Shown here: positions 10,664 through 20,349 of the stretch, one piece after another
How the letters are laid out: each line of letters starts with the position of its first letter
Numbering within the stretch: the first letter of the stretch is position 1
Assembly: GCA_965216675.1 (NCBI GenBank)
Contig: CBDCGK010000004.1
Span: 4,482,398-4,546,397 of the forward strand
From: Acidimicrobiales bacterium
GTDB taxonomy: Bacteria > Actinomycetota > Acidimicrobiia > Acidimicrobiales > SZUA-35
DNA length: 64,000 nucleotides
Direction of reading: 5' to 3'
Program-made: the position numbers and the translations under genes
Notes under the pieces: model-generated
The model's database searches: none
The model's input: the letters and a program-made list of their open reading frames with translations, nothing else
What the model was told of the DNA's origin: nothing

Positions 10664-12217
10664 ATGACCCGAATGGGGTTTCTACTGGACAGCGACAGCT
10701 GTATCGGTTGCCACGCCTGCACCGTTGCCTGCAAGAGCGAGCATGATGTTCCCCTCGGGGTCAATCGGACCTGGGTGAAGTACATCGAGACGGGGACCTT
10801 CCCCGACGTCGCCCGCAAGTTCAATGTGATGCGGTGCAACCAGTGCGACGATGCGCCGTGCATGAAGATCTGCCCGACCTCGGCGCTGTACCGGGCGGCC
10901 AACGGGGTCGTCGATTTCTCCGACGACGACTGCATCGGCTGCAAGTCGTGTATGAACGCCTGCCCCTACGACGCCCTCTACATCAATCCCGAGACCAACA
11001 CCGCGCACAAGTGCAACATGTGCAACCACCGGCTCGAGGTCGGCTTGTTGCCGTCGTGTCAGATCGTGTGCCCGACCGAGGCCATCAAGATCGGTGACCT
11101 CGACGACCCCACATCCGAGATCAGCCGGATCATCGCCCGCGACGACGTGGCGGTTCGAGCCCCCGAGCAGAACACGAAACCAAAGGTCTATTACCGGGGC
11201 GCCGACCAGGCGTCGCTCGACCCGACCCGCACCGCCATCGCCAACGACGGCATGATCTGGGCCGACACGCTGCGTGACGCCAACGGTCAGCGACATCCGA
11301 CCGTTCCGGTTCACACCGGTTCGAAACCGACCGATGAGGCCGGTGTCGTAGCCCGCACCGCCTACACCACGGCGCACATGATGACGTGGAAGGAGAAGGT
11401 GTCGGGCTACCTCGTGACCAAGGCGGTGGCCGCCGGCGCAATGTTGATGGCGTCGCTGATGGTGCTGCTCGGTCACTCGACCGCCCAGGCCGCCGTCGGA
11501 GTCATGCCGCCAATGGTGGCCGGCGTGTTCCTGGCGCTGACCGGCGTGTTGTTGATCGGCGACCTCAAACAGCCCGGCCGGTTCCACTATTTGATCACGA
11601 AGGGCAACTGGACGTCATGGTTGGTGAAGGGCGCCTACGTGCTGATGGCCTTCGCCCTCGTGTGTGCGCTGTGGTGGATCGGCGGCCTGACCGAGGCGTC
11701 GGGCCTCATCAAGGTGCTGGCCGTACCGGCCGTGCTGACGGCGGCCGCCACGGCGGGCTACACCGCCTTCCTTTTCGCTCAGTGTGAGGGTCGCGATCTG
11801 TGGCAGACGCCGCTCCTGCTCCCGGTGTTGCTGGCCCAGGCGGTGACGGCCGGTGGTGCAGTGTTCGGCATCGCCGATCTATTCATGGACATCCCGTCAC
11901 CGGCCGCCGTTCGGTGGGTGCTCCTCGGCGGGGTGGCCGCCACCGCCGCCCTGATCGCGGTCGAGCTGACCTCGCACGGCTCCCGAACCGTCGAGCTGGC
12001 GGTCGAGGCGATGACCAGGGGCCATTACGCACAACAGTTCTGGTGGGGCGGGGTCGTGGCCGGTCTCGTCGTGCCGGCCCTGTTCATGATCCTCGACCTG
12101 GCCAACGGTGGGACCTCGGCCCCGCTGGCCGCCGCGGCGGGTGTCTTCGCCCTCGTCGGCATGTTCGCCTACGAGGACGCCTTCGTCCGGGCCGGCCAGT
12201 CCGTCCCCCTCTCATGA
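10664..12217 (+). CDS. Four-cluster 4Fe-4S subunit (NrfC/PsrB-like) fused to a NrfD/PsrC membrane anchor
   Basis: CIGCHACTVAC, CNQCDDAPC..C, CIGCKSCMNAC, CNMC..CQIVC, then about 8 TM helices with DLKQPGRF..SW and a terminal RAGQ. GAGGAG RBS. Confidence 0.9.
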   Translation: MTRMGFLLDSDSCIGCHACTVACKSEHDVPLGVNRTWVKYIETGTFPDVARKFNVMRCNQCDDAPCMKICPTSALYRAANGVVDFSDDDCIGCKSCMNACPYDALYINPETNTAHKCNMCNHRLEVGLLPSCQIVCPTEAIKIGDLDDPTSEISRIIARDDVAVRAPEQNTKPKVYYRGADQASLDPTRTAIANDGMIWADTLRDANGQRHPTVPVHTGSKPTDEAGVVARTAYTTAHMMTWKEKVSGYLVTKAVAAGAMLMASLMVLLGHSTAQAAVGVMPPMVAGVFLALTGVLLIGDLKQPGRFHYLITKGNWTSWLVKGAYVLMAFALVCALWWIGGLTEASGLIKVLAVPAVLTAAATAGYTAFLFAQCEGRDLWQTPLLLPVLLAQAVTAGGAVFGIADLFMDIPSPAAVRWVLLGGVAATAALIAVELTSHGSRTVELAVEAMTRGHYAQQFWWGGVVAGLVVPALFMILDLANGGTSAPLAAAAGVFALVGMFAYEDAFVRAGQSVPLS

Positions 12218-12302
12218 CTGGTAGCAGAACCCGAGCCGGGACCGCGCTTCCTGCTACCAGAGTTCGTCGGTTTACCCGTACAAGAAAGCAGCAGCCTCCG
12301 TC

Positions 12303-15182
12303 ATGACCGAACTCCGCAGCTATCCTCCCCACGACCAGTGGCACGACTGGACCGAACTCGACGCCAAAGCCTGGCCCGAGCGCAAGGAGCGGAAGTACAC
12401 GCTGGTTCCGACCACCTGCTTCAATTGCGAGGCCGGCTGTGGTCTGGTTGCCTACTTCGACCAGGAAACCGACCAGATCGCCAAGATCGAGGGCAACCCC
12501 GAGCATCCGGCCAGTCGAGGTCGCAACTGCGCCAAGGGCCCGGCCACCCTGAACCAGGTCTACGACCCCGAACGCATCCTGCATCCGCTCAAGCGAGTGG
12601 GGGAGCGGGGCTCCGGTCGCTGGGAGCGGATCTCCTGGGAGCAGGCGCTGGGCGAGATCGGCGGGCGGATGCGCACCGCATTCGAGGAGGACCGCCACAA
12701 CGAGATCATGTACCACGTCGGCCGGCCCGGCGAGGACGGCTACGCCAACCGGGTGCTGCAGGCCTGGGGGGTCGACGGCCACAACTCCCACACCAACATC
12801 TGCTCGTCGAACGCCCGCATCGGCTACCAGTCGTGGATGGGCCACGACCGCCCGTCGTCGGACTTCGCCAACGCCGAGGTCATCATGTTGATCTCGGCCC
12901 ACCTGGAGTCGGGCCACTACTTCAACCCTCACGCTCAGCGCATCATGGAGGCCCAGAGCAACGGGGCGAAGATCATCGCCGTCGACCCCCGGCTCTCGAA
13001 CACCGGGGCCAAGGCCGACTACTGGCTGGCGACCTGGCCCGGCACCGAGCCCTTCCTGTGCCTCGCCATCGCCCGGGAGCTGATCGAATCCGAAACCTGG
13101 AACGAGGCGTTCGTCCGCCGGTGGACCAATTGGGAGACCTACCTCCAGCGTCAGCATCCCGATCTGCCCGTCGAGTGGTCGTCGGTGCGGACCGCCATGC
13201 TGCGGGAATACGCCGAGTACACGCCGGAGGCGGCCGAGCAGAAGACCGGTGTCGACGCCGCCACGATCCGTGAGATCGCCGAACTCATCGGCGCCCATCC
13301 GACCAAGCTCGCCACCCACAACTGGCGGGCGGCCGGTGCCGGCAACCTGGGTGGGTGGCAGGTGGCCCGCTGCCTGTTCTTCCTCAACGTGTTGACCGGG
13401 TCGGTGGCCACCAAGGGTGGAACCGCCGGCAACGGCATGAACAAGTACAGCCCGGCCCAACCGTTCGGCTCGAAGAAGCTCACCAAATGGAACGAGCTGG
13501 AGTGGCCCAAGGAGTACCCGCTCTCGTATCACGAGATGTCGATCCTTCTACCCCATTTCCTGAAGGAGGGCCGGGGCTCGCTCGAGGTCTACTTCTCCCG
13601 GGTCTACAACCCGATCTGGACCAACCCCGACGGCTTCACCTGGATGGAGGCGCTCAAAGATCCCGACATGGTGCGGTGCCACGTGGCCCTCACCCCGACG
13701 TGGTCCGAGACCTCCTGGTTCGCCGACTACGTCCTACCGATGGGGGTCTCGGCCGAACGCCACGACGTGCATTCCTATGAAACCCACGCCGGGCGGTGGA
13801 TCGGGTTCCGACAGTCGACGTTCCGTCGCTACGCCGAGATCAAGGCCGCCCGCGAGGGTCGGGAGTTCGACCCTCAAACACCGTCCTATGAGTACAACCC
13901 GGGTGAGGTGTGGGAGGAGAACGAGTTCTGGATCCACCTGTCGTGGGCCATCGATCCCGACGGCTCACTCGGGGTGCGGACGTTCTTCGAGTCGGAGGAG
14001 CATCCGGGCAAGCCGATCACGGTCGACGAGTACTACGCCAAGATGTTCTCCGAGAGCGTGCCGGGTCTGGTGGAGGCGGCCGAGGCCGCCGGCCAGAGCC
14101 CGCTCGAGTACATGCGGGAACGCTCGGCCTTCGGTGTGCCCACCGACCCCTACGAGCCCTACGAGCGGCCGGTCGATCCGGGGGAGGTCGAGAACTGCAC
14201 GAAGGATCATCGCGGCGTCTACATCAAGCCGGGCACCTCCGGGGCGTGGTCCGGCGACCCCGCCGATCTCGACGGCATCACCCTGGCCAAGCTGGGTGAC
14301 GGGTCGCCTGCGGTCGACATCGACGGCGAGCCCAAGGAGGGGTTCCCGACCCCGTCGAAGAAGCTGGAGCTGTACTCCGAGACCCTCGCCGACTGGGGTT
14401 GGCCCGAGTACGCCACACCGACCTGGATACCGTCGCACGTTCACTGGGAGGACCTCGACATGGAGCCGGCCGCCGACGGCAGCGGCGGGAACGAGCGAAT
14501 CCTGCTTCCCACCTTCCGCATCCCGACGCTCATCCACACCCGCTCGGCCAACTCGAAGTGGCTGAACGAGATCAGCCACCGTCATCCGCTGTGGATCCAT
14601 CCCTCCGACGCTGAGAAGCTCGGTATCGCCGAGAACGGGCTGGTCCGGGTCACCACCCGCATCGGTCACTTCGTGATCGGCTCGTGGCGCACCGAAGGCA
14701 TCCGGCCCGGCGTGGTGGCGGCATCACATCATATGGGTCGCTGGCGGCTCGAGGAGGGCGAGGCTCGATCCTGGGGTGCCGGCAAGGCGGCGATCGCGAG
14801 TTCCGCCAATGACGGTGGAGGGACGACGTGGCGCCTGAAGCGCGAGCACGGCAACGCCCCGTACGACTCGGCGTCATCGGCTCAGCCCGACGGTGACACC
14901 CAACGGATCTGGTGGACCGACACCGGCGTCCACCAGAACGCCACGTTCTGCGTCCAGCCCGACCCGATCTCCGGTATGCAGTGCTGGCATCAGCGGGTGC
15001 GAATCACGCCGGCCGAGCCGGACGACGAGTACGGCGACGTGGTCGTCGACACCGCCAGGTCGCGGGAGGCCTACCTCGACTGGCTGAGCAAGACCCGGTC
15101 GCCGGAGGGCCCGTTGCGCCGGCCGTTGTGGTATGCCCGGCCTCTCAAGCCGGTGGCGTCGGCCTATCTGCTGGCCGACTGA
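12303..15182 (+). CDS. Mo/W-bisPGD (DMSO reductase family) oxidoreductase catalytic subunit, Psr/Phs/Soe-related
   Basis: TCFNCEAGC..NCAKG 4Fe-4S site, WERISWEQAL, candidate Mo-ligand Cys in HTNICSS, SETSWFADYVLP, IHPSDAEKLGI. No twin-arginine signal. Confidence 0.88.
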   Translation: MTELRSYPPHDQWHDWTELDAKAWPERKERKYTLVPTTCFNCEAGCGLVAYFDQETDQIAKIEGNPEHPASRGRNCAKGPATLNQVYDPERILHPLKRVGERGSGRWERISWEQALGEIGGRMRTAFEEDRHNEIMYHVGRPGEDGYANRVLQAWGVDGHNSHTNICSSNARIGYQSWMGHDRPSSDFANAEVIMLISAHLESGHYFNPHAQRIMEAQSNGAKIIAVDPRLSNTGAKADYWLATWPGTEPFLCLAIARELIESETWNEAFVRRWTNWETYLQRQHPDLPVEWSSVRTAMLREYAEYTPEAAEQKTGVDAATIREIAELIGAHPTKLATHNWRAAGAGNLGGWQVARCLFFLNVLTGSVATKGGTAGNGMNKYSPAQPFGSKKLTKWNELEWPKEYPLSYHEMSILLPHFLKEGRGSLEVYFSRVYNPIWTNPDGFTWMEALKDPDMVRCHVALTPTWSETSWFADYVLPMGVSAERHDVHSYETHAGRWIGFRQSTFRRYAEIKAAREGREFDPQTPSYEYNPGEVWEENEFWIHLSWAIDPDGSLGVRTFFESEEHPGKPITVDEYYAKMFSESVPGLVEAAEAAGQSPLEYMRERSAFGVPTDPYEPYERPVDPGEVENCTKDHRGVYIKPGTSGAWSGDPADLDGITLAKLGDGSPAVDIDGEPKEGFPTPSKKLELYSETLADWGWPEYATPTWIPSHVHWEDLDMEPAADGSGGNERILLPTFRIPTLIHTRSANSKWLNEISHRHPLWIHPSDAEKLGIAENGLVRVTTRIGHFVIGSWRTEGIRPGVVAASHHMGRWRLEEGEARSWGAGKAAIASSANDGGGTTWRLKREHGNAPYDSASSAQPDGDTQRIWWTDTGVHQNATFCVQPDPISGMQCWHQRVRITPAEPDDEYGDVVVDTARSREAYLDWLSKTRSPEGPLRRPLWYARPLKPVASAYLLAD

Positions 15183-15263
15183 GCGGCATCGTGCCGGTCG
15201 AGCGCGAACACGGTCCAATCCACCGAGCGGCCGGGTTGTGATCCTCGTTTGATCGGCTACCCT

Positions 15264-15295
15264 ATTGTACGTACATACTGATTGTACGTACATAC
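15264..15295. promoter_or_regulatory. Tandem operator-like repeat, ATTGTACGTACATAC x2
   Basis: Exact 15-bp direct repeat at 15264-15278 and 15281-15295. Each copy contains the perfect palindrome TGTACGTACA. AT-rich, upstream of the YeeE pair. Confidence 0.7.
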
Positions 15296-15374
15296 GGATT
15301 ATACGGTGTTAGCCTTCGTTTGACGATCACGTCGGGTGATGGGCGGACGAAGGCACCGGAAAGGACGGCAAGAC

Positions 15375-15860
15375 ATGGTCGATGCACTTCCAGCCCAGCT
15401 GCCCTGGTGGGTGGTCGGGCCCGGACTCGGACTCCTGGTGGTCGGTCTGTTCATGGTCAACAACCAGCCGCTCGGGGCCAGTGGCGCCTACGTTCAGACC
15501 TCCGGTTTGCTCCGGCGACGGCCCGATATCGCCGTGTGGCGCGTCTGGTACTTTGCCGGCATGTTCCTCGGTGGCCTCTTCGTCACCCAGATACTGCGTG
15601 ACAACCGCGGCGGGGAGCTCCGCACCGGCTACGACGCACTGACCGGGACGTTCAGCCTGCCCGTCGTGGTCGTCCTGGTGTTCGCCGGGGCCACACTCCT
15701 CGGCTACGGAGCGGCAGTCGCCGGCGGTTGCACATCGGGCCACGGACTCTGCGGCGTGTCCCAGCGGTCACCGGCCAGCCTCACAATGACCGCCACCTTC
15801 GTCAGCACCGCAATCGTCGTCAGCCTCGCCATGCGGGCCGTATTCGGAGGAGCTCTCTGA
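15375..15860 (+). CDS. YeeE/YedE-family sulfur-compound transporter, first half
   Basis: LGASG, GGCTSGHGLCG, four TM helices. Confidence 0.85.
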   Translation: MVDALPAQLPWWVVGPGLGLLVVGLFMVNNQPLGASGAYVQTSGLLRRRPDIAVWRVWYFAGMFLGGLFVTQILRDNRGGELRTGYDALTGTFSLPVVVVLVFAGATLLGYGAAVAGGCTSGHGLCGVSQRSPASLTMTATFVSTAIVVSLAMRAVFGGAL

Positions 15861-16339
15861 TGACCCCGACCAATCGATCCATGAACGTGGTCGGCCTGGT
15901 GGCCGGCAGCCTGTTCGGTGGCCTGCTCGCCGGCGGACTCCTGCACGAATACGACACCATTCACAGCACCCTGGTGCTCGAAGACCTGTACGTGTTCTTT
16001 GTGATGGGCTCGGCGATCGCCATCGCCGCTCCGCTGCTGTGGTTCCTCGAGCGCCGGCCCACGACCACGCTGATGACCGGCCTGCTCCAGCTGAGCCGGT
16101 CGAGGCCGGAACGTCATCACGTCGTCGGTGGAGTGTTGTTCGGCACCGGCTGGGCCATCGCCGGGACCTGCCCGGCTCCGGCGTTGGTCATGGCGTCATC
16201 CGGCGCATGGCTGGCGCTCGTGGCCATCGCCGGCATCTTTGTGGGCCTGTACATCCGGGAGGTGCAGACCCGGGTCCCGGCCGCGGGCGATGGCGACGAC
16301 CGCAGCGACCAACCGGTGGTGGCCGACTTCGGAAAATAG
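15860..16339 (+). CDS. YeeE/YedE-family sulfur-compound transporter, second half
   Basis: GGVLFGTGWAIAGTCPAPAL. Start overlaps the upstream stop (TGATG). Confidence 0.85.
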   Translation: MTPTNRSMNVVGLVAGSLFGGLLAGGLLHEYDTIHSTLVLEDLYVFFVMGSAIAIAAPLLWFLERRPTTTLMTGLLQLSRSRPERHHVVGGVLFGTGWAIAGTCPAPALVMASSGAWLALVAIAGIFVGLYIREVQTRVPAAGDGDDRSDQPVVADFGK

Positions 16340-16387
16340 CCGCATCCCTCGGCGAGAGGTGATCGACGGTCGTGTAGCGTGTCGGTC

Positions 16388-16786
16388 ATGGCGTCCACCT
16401 TCGATCGCATCGAGAAGCTGGCTCTCGGCCTTCCCGAGGCCCGGCGGGTCGATATCGAGGCGTGGGGTGGTGAACCGACGTTCCGGGTGCGGGGGAAGAA
16501 CTTCATCTTCGCCAACACGGAGGGAACCAGCGTCACGGTGAAGCTGTCGCGCGAGGAGGCCGAGGCCGTCGTGGCCACGGTCGACGGAGCCCATCCGACC
16601 GGCTACGGGCTCGGACGTCACGGCTGGATCTCGGTCGATCTCCCGAAACGACTCAGCCGGGAGCGTTGGGAGGAGTTGACCGAGTGGATCCTCACGAGCT
16701 ACACCCTGGTCGCTCCGAAGACACTCGCCCACCAGGTGCTGGAGCCGGTCGACGACCAGCCCGCTCACCGGGATGCACGCCGATGA
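16388..16786 (+). CDS. MmcQ/YjbR-family protein
   Basis: WGGEPTFRVRGKNF, YGLGRHGWISV, SYTLVAPKTL. TAGCGT -10 lies 7 nt before the ATG. Confidence 0.8.
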   Translation: MASTFDRIEKLALGLPEARRVDIEAWGGEPTFRVRGKNFIFANTEGTSVTVKLSREEAEAVVATVDGAHPTGYGLGRHGWISVDLPKRLSRERWEELTEWILTSYTLVAPKTLAHQVLEPVDDQPAHRDARR

Positions 16787-17433
16787 ACGAGGCGCCCTCG
16801 TACAAACGCGACTTCATCGACTTCATGATCGAGGCCGACGTTCTCCGGTTCGGCTCGTTCGTCACCAAAAGCGGTCGGGAGACCCCGTACTTCATCAACA
16901 CCGGCCTCTACCGGACCGGCAGCCAGATTCGTCGGCTCGGCGAGTTCTACGCCGACGCGATCCTCGATCGACTCGGTCGTGACATCGATGTGTTGTTCGG
17001 ACCCGCCTACAAGGGCATCCCGTTGGCGGTCACCACGGCCTCCGCGCTCGCCGGGCGAGGACACGATGTGGCCTACTGCTTCAACCGCAAGGAGATCAAG
17101 GAGCACGGTGAGGGCGGGGCGATGGTCGGGCACGGGTTGCGCGACGGCGATCGGATCGTGATCGTGGAAGACATCACCACGGCCGGCACGGCGGTCCGGG
17201 AGGTCATCCCACTCCTCCGGGCCCAGGCCGACATCGAGTTGGCCGGACTGGTGGTCTCGGTCAACCGCTGTGAACGAGGAATCGACGAGCGGCCCGCACT
17301 CGAAGCCCTGGCCGAGGAGTTCGTCATGCCGACATTCGCCATCGTCGACGTGCACGACATCATGGCACTCGCCGGTCTCGACGAGCAGCAGCTGGCTGAT
17401 ATGGCCCGCTACCTGGAGCGGTACGGGGCCTGA
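16783..17433 (+). CDS. pyrE: Orotate phosphoribosyltransferase
   Basis: FGSFVTKSGRETPYFIN, LFGPAYKGIPL, FNRKEIKEHGEGG, PRPP loop VEDITTAGTA. Confidence 0.95.
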   Translation: MNEAPSYKRDFIDFMIEADVLRFGSFVTKSGRETPYFINTGLYRTGSQIRRLGEFYADAILDRLGRDIDVLFGPAYKGIPLAVTTASALAGRGHDVAYCFNRKEIKEHGEGGAMVGHGLRDGDRIVIVEDITTAGTAVREVIPLLRAQADIELAGLVVSVNRCERGIDERPALEALAEEFVMPTFAIVDVHDIMALAGLDEQQLADMARYLERYGA

Positions 17434-17520
17434 GGAGTTCAGCGGGTAGGTGACGTGCGCAGCTCAGGAGCTTGCTCACATTCACGATGAATTCCAAGCC
17501 AAGGGTCAGGCGCGGAGCGC

Positions 17521-20316
17521 CTACCCGCCAGGCCCCTGACCCCGGGCCGGCTCCCACACCGGGAGGGGCGGCTCGCGAAATGGCAGACAGAGGGTCGGAT
17601 CGACCGGGCGCCCCACCCCGAAGCCCTGGGCGAACGTGACGCCGAGACGCTGCAGGAGCTTCAGCGAGTCGGGTTCCTCGACGAACTCGGCAACGGTGTC
17701 CATACCCAGCGCATCGGCCACGCTGGCGATCGAGCTGACGATCGAGCTGTCGATCGGGTCGATTGCCAGGTCCTTGATCAGGGACCCGTCGATCTTCAGC
17801 ACGTCGACCGGCAGGCGTTTCAAATAGTGGAACGTCGAGAAACCCGCGCCGAAATCATCGAGTGCGAACCGGCAACCAACCGCCGAGACCGTTTCGATGA
17901 ACTGAACGGCGTCCGAGAACTGGGACAAGGCAGCCGTCTCGGTGATCTCGAACAGCAGCTTGCCTGCATCGACGCCGGGCCGGGACAGCTCCTGGAGCAG
18001 GTGGTCGAGAAAGCCTTCCGACTCCACTGATCGGGGAGACAGGTTCACCGAGAGGAAGTCGATCCGATCCATGTCGATGTTGCCGCCGTCGATGAGATCG
18101 GCCACCTGCGACACCACCCACTGGTCGATCTCGGTGACGAGCCCCAACCGTTCGGCGGGAGGGATGAACAGCCCGGCCGACGTCAATGAGCCGTCGGCCT
18201 CCTCCATCCGTATCAGCACTTCGGCCCGCACCAGGTCGTCGGACTCTCCGACCGGCACGATCGGCTGGGCCACCAGACGGAGGTGTCCGCTGCTGATCGC
18301 GTCGCGAAGCCGGCTGCCCCACTCGCCATCGGGACGACCGGTGGGCTTGTGGCTCTCGGTTCCGGTCGACACCGCGATCCGATTGCGACCTTCCCGCTTC
18401 GCCTTGTAGCAGGCAGCGTCCGCCCGCCCCAGAACCTCATCGGGGTTATTGTGATCGTCGACGGTCACGACACCGACGCTGATGGACAGGCCGAAGGTTC
18501 GACCCTCCCAGGTGAACAGTACGTCGGCGGCGGAGCGCCGGAGTCGTTCGGCGACACGGATGGCCGACGCCAGCCGACACCGGGGCAGGAGGACGGCGAA
18601 CTCGTCACCGCCGAGCCGGCCGATCGCATCGTCGGCCTGCACGGTTCGCCGCACCAGATCGGCCAACTCGACGAGCAGCGCATCACCCGCCCGGTGGCCG
18701 GCCGTGTCGTTGACGATCTTGAACTGGTCGACGTCGATGTAGAGGACGGCCGCCCGCCCACCCGACTCGGCCAGATCGGTCAGCCGCCGGTCGAACTCCC
18801 GACGGTTCAACAGTCCCGTCAAGGGATCGTGGGTTGCCTCGTACTCGAGCTTCTCGGTGAGCTCGAACATCTCGGTGACGTCCTCACACACGATCAACAC
18901 GGCGGCGTCGCTGTCGGCGGCCAGTCGGCGCCCGGTATGGCGGACCCGTCGTCGCTGACCGCTGGAGGTGACCATCGACGCCTCCCACGTCGTGACCTCT
19001 CCCTGATCCAGGGCGCTGATCGTCGCCAGCTGTTGCTCGACGAGCTGGTGCTGGTCGTCCGGATACAAGGTGATGAGCGGCTGATCGGTGATGTGTGACG
19101 GCTCGTGACCCAGCTGGTGGGCTCCGAACCTCGACACCTGAACCAGCCGGTTGTCGGAGTCGACCGTCATGGACAGCAGCGGGCTTTCGTCGACGATGGT
19201 GGCGAGCTGGCGATCCCGTTCGGCGACCGCCTCCAGCGCCCGGATCCGCTCCAGGGTTTCGCCGACCACCGTGGCCACTGCGGTGGCCAGCGCCACGTCC
19301 TCGTGGCTGTAGGCATCGATCTCGGTCGACGCACAGTTGAGCACGGCGGCGATTCGGCCGACGGCGAACACCGGGATGCTCACAGCAGACCGGAGGCCCA
19401 ACGCGTGCAAAGGTTTGTGCTCCGCTCGACCGGTCCCGGCCAGATCGGGGTAGACCCCGACGGTTTCGTGGTTCAGGACGTCCTCCATGCCGCTGCCATG
19501 TATCGGGATCTCGGCTCCGACGCCGAGGGCCCGATCGAACCCGCCTGAGTCCGACACGCTGCCCACCACGAACGTGCCCTTGTCGAGGTCGGGCAACACC
19601 AGGCTGATGCGATCGCTGGGGATGGTCTGGGCCAGCATGTCGGCCATGGCGCTGAAGACATCCGGTTCGGTGCCGGCGCTCGACAGCAGCCGGCCGAGAC
19701 GGCCGAGTAGCTCCAGCCGCTTCTCCTGCCGCCGCGACTGGGCCAGCTGGCTGCGGGTCCGGATCAGCGCGTGGAACCGCCACAGATTGATCGCCACCAT
19801 GGCGGCGATATCGGAGAACAGAGCGGCGTCCTCGGCTTCGAACGGTAGCTCCCGCCGGGCGATGTTCAGCGTTCCGATCGGCTCGTCGCCGGAGAAGAGT
19901 GGGGCGTTCATCACGCCGACCATGCCGATCTCCGCCAGACTCGCCGCTTCGTCATGGATCCCGATGCCTTCGCCGACCGTCCACCGGTGCACGGCTCGTT
20001 GCTCGATCGCCCGGCCCGACGCCGTGGCATCGAGCCGGAGTCGAAGACCCATCGGCATGGCCCCGGTCGATCCGGTCAGGGCCAGAACCTGTAGGCACGG
20101 ATTGCCATCGTCACCGGTGGCCAACAGGCTGACACTGGCTCGATCGGCGGTGAAGATGTCGGGCAGCCATGTTGCGATCGCCCGGTACAGGGAGGTCTCG
20201 TCGTCGGCTCTCACGGCGCGACTGAACAGCTCCGCCATGGCCTGGGATCGCTCGGGCACGAACCCGGCGACGGGGTTGCTGTTCTGGGCGATGGTTCTTG
20301 TATCGGCAGCCCCCAA
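17521..20316 (-). CDS. GAF-GAF-PAS-GGDEF-EAL diguanylate cyclase/phosphodiesterase
   Basis: HDPLTGLLNRR, GHRAGD, RLGGDEF, EVLIRM, FEITET, LDDFGAGFS, KIDGS, AEFVE. Start uncertain. Confidence 0.92.
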   Translation of the reverse strand: MGAADTRTIAQNSNPVAGFVPERSQAMAELFSRAVRADDETSLYRAIATWLPDIFTADRASVSLLATGDDGNPCLQVLALTGSTGAMPMGLRLRLDATASGRAIEQRAVHRWTVGEGIGIHDEAASLAEIGMVGVMNAPLFSGDEPIGTLNIARRELPFEAEDAALFSDIAAMVAINLWRFHALIRTRSQLAQSRRQEKRLELLGRLGRLLSSAGTEPDVFSAMADMLAQTIPSDRISLVLPDLDKGTFVVGSVSDSGGFDRALGVGAEIPIHGSGMEDVLNHETVGVYPDLAGTGRAEHKPLHALGLRSAVSIPVFAVGRIAAVLNCASTEIDAYSHEDVALATAVATVVGETLERIRALEAVAERDRQLATIVDESPLLSMTVDSDNRLVQVSRFGAHQLGHEPSHITDQPLITLYPDDQHQLVEQQLATISALDQGEVTTWEASMVTSSGQRRRVRHTGRRLAADSDAAVLIVCEDVTEMFELTEKLEYEATHDPLTGLLNRREFDRRLTDLAESGGRAAVLYIDVDQFKIVNDTAGHRAGDALLVELADLVRRTVQADDAIGRLGGDEFAVLLPRCRLASAIRVAERLRRSAADVLFTWEGRTFGLSISVGVVTVDDHNNPDEVLGRADAACYKAKREGRNRIAVSTGTESHKPTGRPDGEWGSRLRDAISSGHLRLVAQPIVPVGESDDLVRAEVLIRMEEADGSLTSAGLFIPPAERLGLVTEIDQWVVSQVADLIDGGNIDMDRIDFLSVNLSPRSVESEGFLDHLLQELSRPGVDAGKLLFEITETAALSQFSDAVQFIETVSAVGCRFALDDFGAGFSTFHYLKRLPVDVLKIDGSLIKDLAIDPIDSSIVSSIASVADALGMDTVAEFVEEPDSLKLLQRLGVTFAQGFGVGRPVDPTLCLPFREPPLPVWEPARGQGPGG

Positions 20317-20349
20317 GGATCGCCTGAGCAGTTCAGCGCCGGTTGGGAA

